Positions 38,049 through 50,959 are shown, counted from the first letter of the stretch. The stretch is 64,000 bases of DNA from Mobula hypostoma (GCF_963921235.1 NC_086097.1:228596001-228660000); one strand, 5' to 3'. The notes: generated by a model from the letters alone, not told the origin. Made by a program: numbers and translations.

Positions 38049-38817
38049 CAGGGGTCCCCAAACTTTTTTGCACCGTGGACCGGTTTAATATTGACAATAT
38101 TCTTGCAGACCGGCCGACCGGAGGGGTGTTCAAGTAGGGTTAAACTCACCTCAATATGTCTTTTACAGTTAGAGTTGCCAACTTTCTCACTCTCAAATAA
38201 GGGTCAAAAGTTGCAGTCAAATCCCGGGACACTTTACCCCAGGAAAGACTACCATGACCATGAGGCCTTGCGCGGGCACCTGTGTGCGCATGCGTGACGT
38301 GCGCATGTGATGTGTACATGCACGTAAGCGCCGATTTTTTTCACCACAAATCGGTTTTGCCTTCATCTTCCCAACTATACTGTACATACATTATTTCTAC
38401 TTTATATAGGCTGTGTATTTATCATCATTCCTGCTTTTACTATATATTAGTGTTATTTATTTCAGTTTTATGTGTTATTCGATATGATTTGTTAGGTTAT
38501 TTTTTGGGTCGGGAACGCTCAAAAATTTTTCCCCTATAAATTAATGGTAATTGCTTCTTCACTTCATGCCATTTCGGCATGAAAGGTTTCATAGGAGCGC
38601 TCTACCTTGGCGGCGGAAATACAGGACAAACCAATTTAGCCCAATATACGGGATGGCCCGGCAAATACGGGATAGTTGGCAACCCTATGTTCAAGTTCAA
38701 CAGTGCGTGACAGGGAATGAGGAAAGGTGCAGCTGACTCATATTGTTTCTTCACGGCCCGGAGGCACATGCTTTGCGGCCTGGTACCGGTCCACAGCCCA
38801 GTGGTTGGGGACCGCTG
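38049..38817. mobile_element. hAT-Charlie-like MITE inserted in the Gypsy
   Basis: TIRs CAGGGGTCCCCAA / TTGGGGACCGCTG. ATAGGG is duplicated at 38043-38048 and 38818-38823. Confidence 0.85.
38135..38687. mobile_element. Second hAT-type MITE nested in the first, with a Tigger/pogo-like internal segment (~38325-38605)
   Basis: Ends TAGGGTT../TAGAGTTGCCAAC ... GTTGGCAACCCTA. 8-bp TSD TGTTCAAG at 38127-38134 and 38688-38695. Confidence 0.8.
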
Positions 38818-39089
38818 ATAGGGCGCAGCTGCCCAGTGGTTAGCCAAATTATGCTTCCCAGGTAGGCCCAAATTCCTTATGAGGACTTAGTCTCCTGGCA
38901 GGAGTTGGGAGAACCTCACCTTTTGATCATACCTCCTCTTAGTTCCTTGATTCTGCTTGGCAACCACGACCCCAGCTCCGGGAAACTTGACCTGTGATTC
39001 GGCCCACTCCACTACTGTTACGTCAGCGCTAGTCTGCAGTAAAATGAGATCTGCGCCCGCCATTTTATCTAACCTCTGCCCCGCAACTT

Positions 39090-39556
39090 TGGGATGGCAG
39101 GACTTTCATATGAAGAAAGACTGGATGAACTGGGCTTGTACTCATTGGAATTTAGAAGATTGAGGGGGGATCTGATTGAAACGTATAAAATCCTAAAGGG
39201 ATTGGACAGGCTAGATGCAGGAAGATTGTTCCCGATGTTGGGGAAGTCCAGAACAAGGGGTCACAGTTTGAGGATAAAGGGGAAGCCTTTTAGGACCGAG
39301 ATTAGGAAAAACTTCTTCACACAGAGAGTGGTGAACCTGTGGAATTCTCTGCCACAGGAAACAGTTGAGGCCAGTTCATTGGCTATATTTAAGAGGGAGT
39401 TAGATATGGCCCTTGTGGCTACGGGGATCAGGGGGTATGGAGGGAAGGCTGGGGCGGGGTTCTGAGTTGAATGATCAGCCATGATCATAATAAATGGCGG
39501 TGCAGGCTCGAAGGGCCGAATGGCCTACTCCTGCACCTATTTTCTATGTTTCTATG
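39090..39556 (+). mobile_element. Young CR1 short 3' copy inserted in the Gypsy gag remnant
   Basis: Near-identical to 11208-11673 (ORF 39094-39465). Confidence 0.96.
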
Positions 39557-40321
39557 AATTAATAATTCATCCGGAGTACGAATATCTACCCCACTCAACA
39601 TGAACGCATTAGTTACCAGTAACCCCCGTGGATGAACACCACCACTCCACCCTGGCAGCATCGATACTAGCAGAAACTTAAAACACACAACCCACTGGTT
39701 CAATGTTCAGGGCAATCACACGGCAAACAACGAAATCAATCCTGGATGAGCCTCCACAATTGTAACCCTCAGGTTCGTCCAGTTGCATTAATCTAGGGGG
39801 AGACAGCCTCCAGCCCAGCCAAATTTGAGAAATCTTGTTTGGGTGGATGCTGTGTGATATGTTCCCCAGTTACAAATCGGTACTGCAAAATAGCAAACAG
39901 TACACAATATGCAATTAAACGAATGAATTTTATAATTCTTAATTTGACTATAGGGTGAGTAAATAAAACAAAAAGAAAAAGGGCCCATTTTAATAAAACA
40001 GTCTAATGTGCACATTGGAGCTCACTGTTTTCCCGTCTGGTCGTTCTCTATTGATTTCCCCCCGGCGTCGTCTCCCAACCCCATTCCAAGTCCGCTCAGT
40101 CCTGCAGTCTACGGCTTCCCTATTCTGGCATTTTCTCTCTTCATCTTCGACCGAACCAAAAGCTCGCAAATTCCCTTCTATTGGGCACATGAGAAAGAAA
40201 ATCACCTCCCCTCATTGGCCAATGCACATTCCAAAGACCCCATTATCGCTAGTCATAACTCAAACACTGCAGCTACAGAGAAACCATTACATTAGCAGTG
40301 AACCCTTTCCCTGGGTGTACA

Positions 40322-42866
40322 CCTAGCAGATGGCTTTTTAGAGCAGCTTCTGGTTGAGCCCACTAGGGGATGAATTATATTGGATCGGGTGTTGTGCAAT
40401 GAACCAGAATTGATTAGAGAGCTTAAGATAAAAGAACCTTTAAGGGAATTCACCATGCATTCCAAGAGGGAGAAGCTAAAGTCAGATGTAATCAGTACAG
40501 TGAAGTAAAGGGAATTACAGAGACATAAGAGAGGAACTGGCCAAAGTTGATTGGAAGAAGGCACTAACAGAGATGATGCAGAGCAGCAATGGCTGGAGCT
40601 TCTGGAAGCAACCTGGAAAGCACAGGATAGATACATCCCAAAGAAGAAGGATTCTAAAGGCAGGGTGACTCAACCATGACTGAGAAGGGATGTCAGAGCC
40701 AACATAAAAGCCAAGGAGAACAAAAAAATTGTGGGAAGTTAGAGGTTTTGGAAGCTTTTAAAAACCACCAGAAGGCAACTAAAAGAGTCATAAAGAGGGA
40801 ATAGATGGAATATGAAGGTACATTAGCCAATAATATTACAGAGGATACCAACAGCTTCTTCTGATAAAATGATGCTGGAGAGGTAGTAATGGGGGAGAAG
40901 GAAATTGTGGATGAACTGAATAAGTATTTTTCATCATTCTTCACTGTGGAAGGCACCAGCAGAATGCCAGAAGTTGGAGAGTGTCAGGGGACAATTTCAG
41001 AGTGAAATTGCCATAACTAGGGAGAAGGTGCTTGGGAGACTGAGAGGTCTGAAGGTAAATAAATCAACTGAACCAGATGGTTACATCATAAAGTTCTGAA
41101 AGAGGTGGCTGAAAAGATTGTGGAGGCATTAGTAATGAGCTTTCAAGAATCAATAGATTCTGGCATGGTTCTGGAGGACTGGAAAATTGCAAATGTCACT
41201 CCACTCTTTAAGAAGGGAGAGAGACAGAAGAAAGGAAAGTATAGGCCAGTTAATCTGACCTCAGTTGTTGGAAGGATGCTGGAGTTGATTGTTAAGGATG
41301 TGGTTTCAGGGTACTTTCAGAGTAGATAAAATAAGCCAAAGTCAGCATGGTTTCCTTAAGGGAAAAGCTTGCCCGACAAATTTGTAGGAATTCTATAAAG
41401 AAATAATGTTCAGGATAGACAAAGGAGAATTGATGGATGTTGTGTTCTTGGATCTTCAGATGGTCTTTGACAAAGTGCCACATATGAGGCTGCTTAACAA
41501 GTTAAGAGCCCATGGCATTACAGGAAAGATATTAGCATGGATGGAGCATTGTCTGATTGGCAGAAGGCAAATAATGGAAGCAAAGAGAGCCTTTTCTGGT
41601 TAGCTGTTGGTGACTATTTTTTAAATAGAGGGACAATTCAAAATTCTGAGGAGCAAAGAGATTTGTGCGGGATTTCCTAAAGGTTAATTTGCAGGTTGCG
41701 TCATTGGTGAGGAAGGCAATTGCAATGTTAGCACTCATTTCAAAAGGACTAGAATATGAAACCAATCAAATCTTGAAAGGCCTTGGTAGAATGGATGTAG
41801 AGAGGTTATTTCCTATCGTGGTGGTGGGGGCGGGGGGAGGCTCCTAAGACCAGAGGACACAGCCTCAGAATAGAGAAATTCCCATTTAGAACAAAGATGA
41901 GGAGGGATTTATTTTGCCTGAGAGCAGTGAACCTGTGGAAGTTGTTGCCACAGCCGGCTGTGGAGACGACCTCTTTGGATAAGTTTAAGGCAGAGGCTTT
42001 TAGATACTTTCTTTTCAAATCTTTTTATTGTATATATAGGAAAAATAACATGAGTACATCGAAGTAACAACGCTTACAATGCCTCAAAAAAAAACCATTA
42101 TCTTAAAGATTGAAAACAAAATTTTGTGATAACAAAAAAAACCTACTAAGCAGGAAAGTGAGAAAAAAAAGAGAACCCATTAGGTGTACAACCCCGGAGC
42201 CATGCATCATATAAAAAGCTTCTAAAAATAAACATCAAACCACCAGCAAGAAAAGAAAATATACTAAAAAAATTTACAATTAGATCATGGAAAAATTATA
42301 TCAATTAACTCAAATGATAACAACGAGCAAATGAGCCCCATCTTTTCTCAAAATCAAATAAAGGTTCAAAGGTTCGACTTAATTTTCTCCAAACTAAGAC
42401 ATAGCATCACTTGAGAGAACCATTGTGACAAAAGTGGGAGCTGATGTATCCTTCCACTTCAACAAAATGGCCCTCCTAGCTATCAATGTAACAAATGCAA
42501 TAACATGTTGATCAGACACAGAAATAATGAATATTTTGAGGAACTATTCCAAAAAGCACAGTTAGTTTATTAGGTTGTAAATTAATTTTAAGTGCTTATG
42601 AAATTGTTGAGAAAACCGACTTCCAGAACTGTTCCAATATAGAACAAGACCAAAATATATGTGTCAGTGTAGCTATCTCAGTTTTACATCTATCACAATT
42701 TCCTAATGTTGGCTTTTAGATTCTTCAATAGTCAGGAAATGAAGAGTTACAGAGAGAAGACAAGGGATTGGGGCTGAGAGGAAAATGGATCAGCCATGAT
42801 GAAATGGTGAAGCAGTCTCAATGGGCCAAATGGCCTAATTCTGCTACTATATCTTCTGCTCTTATG
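40322..42866 (+). mobile_element. Decayed CR1 ORF2 and 3' UTR, interrupted by L1
   Basis: [26 protein letters not shown] and FLDLQMVFDKVPH. The 3' end resumes at 42711. Confidence 0.88.
42010..42710 (-). mobile_element. L1 3' fragment (ORF2 CCHC region + 3' UTR)
   Basis: CDRCKTEIATLTHIFWSCSILEQFW...LIARRAILLKWK. TSD GGCTTTTAGAT(A/T)CTT at 41995-42009 and 42711-42725. Confidence 0.9.
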
Positions 42867-42907
42867 AGTTGCAAAAATCCAGCTGGTTTTAAGAAATGTA
42901 ACTATGA

Positions 42908-45900
42908 ACATGGACAAGGGAGAGCCAGTGGATGTAGTGTACCTGGACTTTCAGAAAGCCTTTGATAAAGTCCCACATAGGAGATTAGTGGGCAAAATTA
43001 GGGCACATGGTATTGGGGGCAGAGTACTGACATGGATTGAAAATTGGCTGGCTGACAGAAAACAAAGAGTAGCGAATAACGGGTCCCTTTCTGAATGGCA
43101 GGCGGTGACCAGTGGGGTACCGTAGGGTTCAGTGTTGGGACCGCAGCTGTTTACAAAATATATTAATGACTTAGATGAGGGAATTAAAAGTAACATTAGC
43201 AAATTTGTCGATGACACAAAGCTGGGTGGCAGTGTGAAATGTGAGGAGGATGTTATAAGAATGCAGGGTGACTTGGACAGGCTGGGTGAGTGGACAGATG
43301 CAGTTTAATGTGGATAAATGTAAGGTTATCCACTTTGGTGGTAAGAACAGGAAGGCAGATTATTATCCGTCTGCCAACCCGACGTCGGTGTGTAACATCA
43401 TTTGCACCGTCATAGCCAGATTACAAACCCAGCACCCGAGTGCCCTCATTACCATCTCGGGTGACTTCAACCATGTTACCATGGCTAGAACACTGCCCAA
43501 CTTCACGCAGTATGTCAGCTGTACAACCAGAGGGGAGAGAACTCTGGATTTGATGTACGCTAACGTTAAGGATGCATACAGCTCCTCTCCCCTCCCCCCA
43601 CTGGAAAGGTCAGGTCACAACCTGGTGCATCTAAAACCCTGCTACGGGCCTCTGGTGAAGAGTAAACCTGCAACCTCGAGGACAGTGAGGAAATGGTCAG
43701 AGGAGGCTTATGAGGCACTCCAGGGTTGTTTTGAGGTGACAGACTGGCAGGCACTCTGTGAGCCACATGGAGAGGATATTGATGGGCTCACAGAGTGCAT
43801 CACTGATTACATCAACTTCTGTGTGGACTGCAATGTTCCGACAAGAACTGATCTTTGTTATTCAAATAATAAGCCATGGGTAACAAAGGACATTAAGGAC
43901 ATCCTGAATGCTAAAAAGAGGGTGTTTAGAGATGGAAATAGGGAGGAGCTGAGGGCAATACAGAGGAACCTGAAAGCCAGGATCAGAGAGGCTAAAGACA
44001 GGTACAGGAGGAAGCTTGAGTGGAAACTCCAGCAGAACAACATGAGAGAGGTCTGGAGGGGGATGAGGACCATCACTGGGTTCTGGCAAACTAACAACAG
44101 AGGAGCTGAAGGCAGTGTGGACAGGGCCAACGAACTTAACCTGTTCTTTAAAAGATTTGACATTGTGGCCCCTGCCCATCCCCCACATGAGTCATCTGTT
44201 GTCGGCCCCCAACCAACACATATTCCACTCTCCCCTCCTACCCCTCCTCACAGTCCCCCACCCTGCTCTCATGACTATACCCCTTCCCCACATGAAACCA
44301 CCATGGTGGGCTTCACAGCTGAACAGGTGAGAAGACAGCTGAAACGTCTCAACCCAGGCAAGGCTGCAGGACCGGATGGTGTCAGTACCAGGGTGCTCAA
44401 AGCCTGTGCCCCTCAGCTATGTGGAGTACTTCGCCATGTCTTCAACCTGAGCCTGAGGCTCCGGAGGGTTCCTGTACTGTGGAAGACGTCCTACCTCGTC
44501 CCTGTGCTGAAGACGCCGCGCCCCAGCGGCCTCAATGACTACAGACCGGTGGCATTGACCTCCCACATCATGAAGACCCTGGAGAGACTTGTTCTGGAGC
44601 TGCTCTGGCCTATGGTCGGGCCACACTTAGATCCCCTCCAGTTCGCCTACCAGCCCTGACTAGGAGTTGAGGATGCCATCGTCTACCTGCTGAACCGTGT
44701 CTACGCCCACCTGGACAAGCCAGCCAGCACTGTGAGGGTCAAGTTTTTTGACTTCTCCAGTGCGTTCAATACCATCCACCCTGCTCTGCTGGGGGAGAAG
44801 CTGACAGCGACAAAGGTGGATGCTTTCTTGGTGTCATGGATTCTTGATTACCTGACTGGCAGACCACAGTACGTGTGCTTGTAACACTGTGTGTCCGACA
44901 GAGTGATCAGCAGCACTGGGGCTCCACAGGGGACTGTCTTGTCTCCCTGTCTCTTCACCATTTACACCTCAGACTTCAGCTACTGCACAGAGTCTTGTCA
45001 TCTTCAGAAGTTTTCTGATGACTCTGCCATAGTTGGATGCATCAGCAAGGGAGATGAGGCTGAGTACAGGGCTATGGTAGGAAACTTTGTCACATGGTGT
45101 GAGCAGAATTATCTGCAGCTTAATGTGAAAAAGACTAAGGAGCTGGTGGTAGACCTGAGGAGAGCTAAGGTACTGGCGACCCCTGTTTCCATCCAGTGGG
45201 TCAGTGTGGACATGGTAAAGGATTAAAAATACTTGGGGATATGAATTGACAATAAACTGGACTGGTCAAAGAACACTGAGGGCTGTCTACGAGAAGGGTC
45301 AGAGTCATCTCTATTTCCTGAGGAGACTGAGGTCCTTTAACATCTGCCGGACGATGCTGAGGATGTTCTACGAGTCTGTGGTGGCCAGTGCGATCATGTT
45401 TGCTGTTGTGTGCTGGGGCAGCAGGCTGAGGGTGGCAGACACCAACAGAATCAACAAACTCATTTGTAAGGCCAGTGATGTTGTGGGGATGGAACTGGAC
45501 TCTCTGACGGTGGTGTCTGAAAAGAGGATGCTGTCTAAGTTGCATGCCATCTTGGACAATGTCTCCCATCCACTACATAATGTACTGGATGGGCACAGGA
45601 GTACATTCAGCCAGAGACTCATTCCACCGAGATGCAACACAGAGCGTCATAGGAAGTCATTCCTGCCTGTGGCCAACAAACTTTACAACTCCTCCCTTGG
45701 AGGGTCAGACACCCTGAGCCAATAGGCTGGTCCTGGACTTATTTCCTGGCATAATCTACATATTACTATTTAACTGTTTATGGTTTTATTATTACTATTT
45801 AATTATTTGTGGTGCAACTGTAATGAAAACCAATTTCCCCCGGGATCAATAAAGTATGACTATGACTATGATCTAAATGGAGTCAAGTTAGGAAAAGGGG

Positions 45901-46626
45901 ACGTACAACGAGATCTAGGTGTTCTTGTACATCAGTCACTGAAAGCAAGCATGCAAGTACAGCAGGCAGTGAAGAAAGCTAATGGCATGCTGGTCTTCAT
46001 AACAAGGGGAATTGAGTATAAGAGCAGAGAGGTCCTTCTGCAACTGTACAGGGCCCTGGTGAGACCACACCTGGAGTACTGTGTGCAGTTTTGTTCTCCA
46101 AATTTGAGGAAGGACATTCTTGCTATTGAGGGAGTGCAGCGTAGGTTCACGAGGTTAAATCCCGGGATGGCGGGACTGTCATATGTTGAAAGACTGGAGC
46201 GACTGGGCTTGTATACTCCGTAATTTAGAAGGCTGAGAGGGGATCTTATTGAAACATATAAGATTATTAAGGGATTGGACACGCTGGAGGCAGGAAGCAT
46301 GTTCCTGCTGATGGGTGAGTCCAGAACCAGAGGCCACAGTTTAAGAATAAGGGGTAGGCCTTTTAGAGCGAAGTTGTGGGGAAAAACTTTTTCACCCAGA
46401 GAGTGGTGGATATATGGAATGCTCTGCCCCATAAGGCTGTGGAGGCCAAGTCTCTGGATGCTTTCAAGAAAGAGATGGATAGAACTCTTAAAGATAGTGG
46501 AATCAAAGGTTTTGGGGATAAAGCAGGAACTGGATACTGATTGTGGATGATCAGCCATGATCACAGTGAATGGCAGTGCTGGCTCGAAGGGCCGAATGGC
46601 CTACTCCTGCACCTATTGTCTATTGT
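42908..46626 (+). mobile_element. CR1 RT to 3' end, split by a Rex1 insertion (42908-43367 + 45871-46626)
   Basis: ...RKADYY|LNGVKLGKGDVQRDLG joins across the insertion. Confidence 0.93.
43368..45870 (+). mobile_element. Rex1/Babar LINE, 5'-truncated (end of EN + RT), a few stops and frameshifts
   Basis: ISGDFNH, KAAGPDG, YRPVALTS, FFDFSSAFNTI, GAPQGTVLSP and KFSDD, with an AATAAAG(TATGAC)n tail. Confidence 0.96.
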
Positions 46627-48840
46627 AATAGAACACTACTTAACACACTGTCTGGGAATCTAAGACTGAAGAGCATTGCATGTATTCTTATAATTTTTTT
46701 ATTGCTAATGAAATTCATTTTGATATTATGAAAACACAGGATGTGTCCTTCCAATAGAATACTGGATTTATAACCTCTGTGTCTGCTCTCTGCAGTAAAA
46801 AAGTGCTGAATAGGCACAGTAAAGGTCGGACATTGGCGCATCATTGAGCTCCTGACTGTTTATTACAGGGCATGGATACAATCTATGTTCCTTTCTCCTT
46901 AAAACTTCTCATCAATCTTTCTTGAAAAAGGCAATATCAAATTTCCTTTCATTTCTTACACATGATATTCATGGTTTTTATTAATAACCTGAGAGTCATA
47001 AAGTCATAAACACTACAACACTACACTACGACACAGGAAAAGGCCCTTCAGCCCATCTAGTTTGTGCCAAACTATTATTCTGCCTAGTCCCATCGACTTG
47101 CACCTGGACCATAGTCCTCCACACCCCTCCCATCCGTGTACTTTTACCGTAGTTTAATGTGGTTTAACTGACTTTACCATGTAATTTTAATAAATATTGA
47201 AATAATTTTAATAAATGTAATTTTGAGAGGTACTGAATGTTTCTGATTAGAGGCAAATAGAGATAGTGTAAAAGGTGACAGAAAGTTGTGGAGGCAGTCA
47301 AGGGTCAGAGCATTAGGGGGCAGCACCCAAACTCTAACGATTGTTTCATGGCACACCAACAGCTCCAGGGCCTGAAGATAGAAAGAAGGATCAACCATGT
47401 TTGAACGGCGGCGCAGACTCGATGGGCTGAATGGCCTAATTCTGCTCTCAGGTCTTATGGCCTTATGGTCACTTCCTATTTTACCTTCAGAATTGCATAT
47501 AAAGTTAGAAAAATGTAACTTTACTTTAGAAAAACAAAAGCTACAGTGTTGGTATTCAGGAAACCAGGCAACATCTGTTGGCAGGGTGTATAAGGCTGGC
47601 ATTCTGGGTCAATGACCTCCCTTGGTGAGCTACCCATGAATGTTAGATCTGCTTCACTTTCCACAGGTGCTGCCCGGTCTGCTGAATATCCCCATCTCTG
47701 CAGATGCCAACTGACCTGTCAGCCCTTTCTCGTGTTATTTTGTATTTCAGGTTTGCAGCAGCCACTGAATCTCATCATTCCTGGTCTTAACCCCCGACCC
47801 TCCACATCCTTTCTCTAACGTGCACCGTCTCCGGACAGATTAACTGCCATTAACACATCCTTGGTACCTCTTCAGTCAACAACAACCTGAGAAGTCCATT
47901 TGCTCTTGGTCCCCTTGCTCTCTCAAACAGTCCCCCTGTTCTCTCCAAACTGCCTCCTTCTTTATAAGTTAAATATGCCTTTTGATTAACTTTTCCAATT
48001 CTAAAGGAAGGTCATTGATCTGAAACAATAACTCTGTTTCATCTCCACAGATGCTGACTGGCCAGCTGATTGTTTCTTGTATCTTCTACTTTTGTTTTGG
48101 ATTTCTGTTATCTTCATTTTTTAATTATTTTCAAACATGTTCAGACATCCAGACAGACTAACACCCTTAACTATTTCTCAGCGTCTGCTTTCTGCACAAT
48201 ACTGCGTCTCTTTTAGTTCTAATCTGACTTCTGCAGGGCCTGTGGCCTCGCTGGTGGAAGGCCTGTGATTTGAAACATTAACTCATTAACTCGGTCTCCT
48301 TCCAAAGATGCATCCTGACCTGAATCAGAATTAGAATCAGATACATTATCACATATCCTCTGCATACACTATAATTCACTGTCTAAAGAGATCAAATGGA
48401 GCTTTGTCCTCTTATTGGTCAAACCCCATTATCTGAGTTGTAGCCCCCTTGAAAACACTTTGATCTCAGTTTGCTTTTGGTTTCATATTTGCAGCTCATT
48501 AACTTTTCTTGCTCCTTGATACTCCAGGTTTTAGGATTCCAGCATAAAATATCAGCAAACAAAAATTATGAAGTATCTTAAATAGATTTAAAGATATGCC
48601 TGCATGACAGTAGAATGAGAATATAGTTATTTTCAATGATTCTTTATAAAAAGTAAATACATTTTTTCATTGCTAAGTAAATAGTATTAAACATGTTGAA
48701 TTTGTAAAATTTTGTCTGCTAGAAATTCTGTTTCGTTCTAATCCAACTATAAATTTGGTGAAAGATCTGTGGAAACAAAGGAAACTATGTAAAGACAACT
48801 AGAAGCAGATGACCAGAAGAACCCCATCAGAAATTAAAAG

Positions 48841-49164
48841 GACAGACACGAGGAAATCTGCAGATGCTGGAAATTCAAGCAACACACACAAAAAATGCTA
48901 GTGAACGCAGCAGGCCAGGCAACATCTATAGGAAGAGGTACAGTCGACGTTTTGGGCTGAGACCCTTTGTCAGGACTAACTGAAAGAAGAGAGAGTAAGA
49001 GATTTGAAAGTGAGAGGGGCAGGGAGAGATCAGAAATGATAGGAGAACCCCCCCCCCCCCACCGCCGCCTTCTCCTATCATTTTGGATCTCCCCCTGCCC
49101 CTCTCACTTTCAAATCTCTTACTACTGGCCTGCTGCGTTCACCAGCACTTTTTGTGTGTGTTTG
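48841..49164. mobile_element. Two-tailed fold-back PLE derivative; mutated hammerhead 48941-48982 (-)
   Basis: Inverted arms around ~49047-49065. 13-bp TSD CAGAAATTAAAAG at 48828-48840 and 49165-49177. Confidence 0.9.
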
Positions 49165-49433
49165 CAGAAATTAAAAGAATTTGTCTTTCAATATTGTTAA
49201 CTGATGTAATTTTTCTTTTAACTCCTGTAATTTACAACACATGAACCCAATGAACCCATTCATGAGCCAACCCATGAACACCATCTCTCTATTTTTGTGC
49301 TCATTTTGGACTGCTTGTTTAATTTAACTTTCATATATATATATTCTTATAGAAATTTATATTCTTATTCAGGTATTGCACTGTACTGCTCCCACAAAAC
49401 AACAAATATCATAACTTACATTATGTCAATGAT

Positions 49434-49823
49434 CATCATCATTATCAGTATGTGCCCTGTCATGTGACATGTGTGATCATGGTCTTTGACCATGATTGTT
49501 CTTGGCAAATTTTTCTACAGAAGTGGTTTGCCATTGCTTTCTTCTGGGCAGTGTTTTACAAGATGAAGTGACCCCAGCCATTATCAATATTCTTCAGAGA
49601 TTATCTGCCTGAGGTCAGTGGTCGCATAACCAGGATTTGTGATATGTACCAGCTGCCCATACGACCATCCTCCACCTGTTTCCATGGCTTCATGTGACCC
49701 TGATCGGGGGGGGGGGTGCTAAGCAGGTGCTACACCTTGCCCAACGGTGACCTACAAGCTAGTGGAGGGAAAGAGCGCCTTTCTCCTCCATCAGCAGAGA
49801 CTTATCTCCGCTCTGCCACCCAA
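49434..49823 (-). mobile_element. Non-autonomous RTE-derived (BovB/Sauria-like) SINE, inserted in a Rex1 3' UTR
   Basis: Contains AGAAGTGGTTTGCCATTGC (reverse complement of the RTE 5' motif GCAATGGCAAACCAC) and a short GAT-repeat tail. TSD ATGTCA(A/G)TGAT at 49423-49433 and 49824-49834. Confidence 0.7.
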
Positions 49824-50683
49824 ATGTCAGTGATATTAAACCTGATTCTGATTCCAATTACTGTCAGGTTGCTGCTGTACATTTGTTGTATTAGAGCAAT
49901 GTAGGAATTTTACTGAGTTTAAAAAATCAGATTTTTTTCTTTCAAAAGACAGAACTTTGGAGCAGTAGAAATTTTCAAGTCTGTGGATCAAGGTCAACCA
50001 AAACTTTTAAGAGTGAATATGACAGGTTAGGTAATCAAGGATATGAGAACAATGGTGTAAGTGGAACCAAATGCCAGAGCAGGCTTGATGACCTAGTCCT
50101 GTTCCCAATATCCTTAAAGTGAATTCGCTGTCCTACCGTGTGTGTGAACAACTGTTGTATGATTCAATACCACTACAAAACACACACAATTGACATGGTG
50201 TAATTGGAAAACCTTAACTTATGGTGCTGGGATTTGTGATATACGGAAAGTAATTGAGTTGTATTCTATAAAGCCTTCCAATATCTTGTAATAAGTCAGC
50301 ATCTCATTGCTCCAGCAAGATTCTGGGTACCACTTCCCAATTCTGATGCAGGCTGGTGACCATTGTTGGTCCGGTGGAGTACAAAATTTAGCTTAACAGT
50401 TGCAACCACCAGAATGCATAGGTATCAACTTTCTGTTCCCACTATCAGTTGGAAAAGAAATTTTTCTCCAACTGATTTATTTTTATCAGATTGGCTGAAG
50501 CCAGCTTAGGCTCACCTGTTTCAGATCTGTTTGGCATATTTGTGCTGAAATGTTGCATTTCCTTTATTGCCCTGTTTAAGTGGAATAGAACGAACTGCAC
50601 ATCTGAAAGAGGTTATTAGAATTCGAGGATAAGCTGCAAAATTAATGTTTTGCTTGATGATGAAGGAACACCAATCTTTAAGA

Positions 50684-50767
50684 GAAACACATACAAAATG
50701 CTGGAGGAACATCCATGCAAAAGAAAAGAGCAGTCAATGTTTCGGGCTGAGATCCTTCATCAGGACT
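50684..50767 (-). mobile_element. PLE tail fragment with hammerhead-like core (50731-50767)
   Basis: Minus strand: AGTC-CTGATGA-AGGATCTCAGCCC-GAAA-CA-TT-GACTG. Confidence 0.7.
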
Positions 50768-50959
50768 TTAAGAGAGCCCTTACCATGCAGAACCCTGACA
50801 TATCCAGGTGTGAGAAGCTTCTAGGGTCACTTCAATCACCTTAGCATTTATCTGGGGACTACTGCAGAGAAGTTCATGAGGTTCCTGAAGCTATCCATTG
50901 GGATGTAATCAATCATTTTCTGTGTCCTGAGCTGGATGGCATCTGGAAAGAAGTTGAGC

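Larger units (their letters stand above)
37166..40321 (-). mobile_element. Internally deleted Ty3/Gypsy LTR retrotransposon: 5' LTR 39761-40321, PBS 39739-39756, PPT 37328-37337, truncated 3' LTR 37166-37327
   Basis: The two LTR segments align and have TG..CA ends. The PBS TGGAGGCTCATCCAGGAT is close to the tRNA-Pro PBS. GGGGGGAGAG abuts TGTAACA. Integrase C-terminal remnant KRRYDQKVR..LLPGD*VLIRNLG...HW...PY. Confidence 0.88.

Noticed and set aside
43268..44659. 463-aa ORF as a novel CR1-Rex1 fusion protein (likewise 45780-46223, 58646-59146, 38957-39163)
   Set aside because: Each is read-through across an insertion junction, with no promoter or selection evidence.
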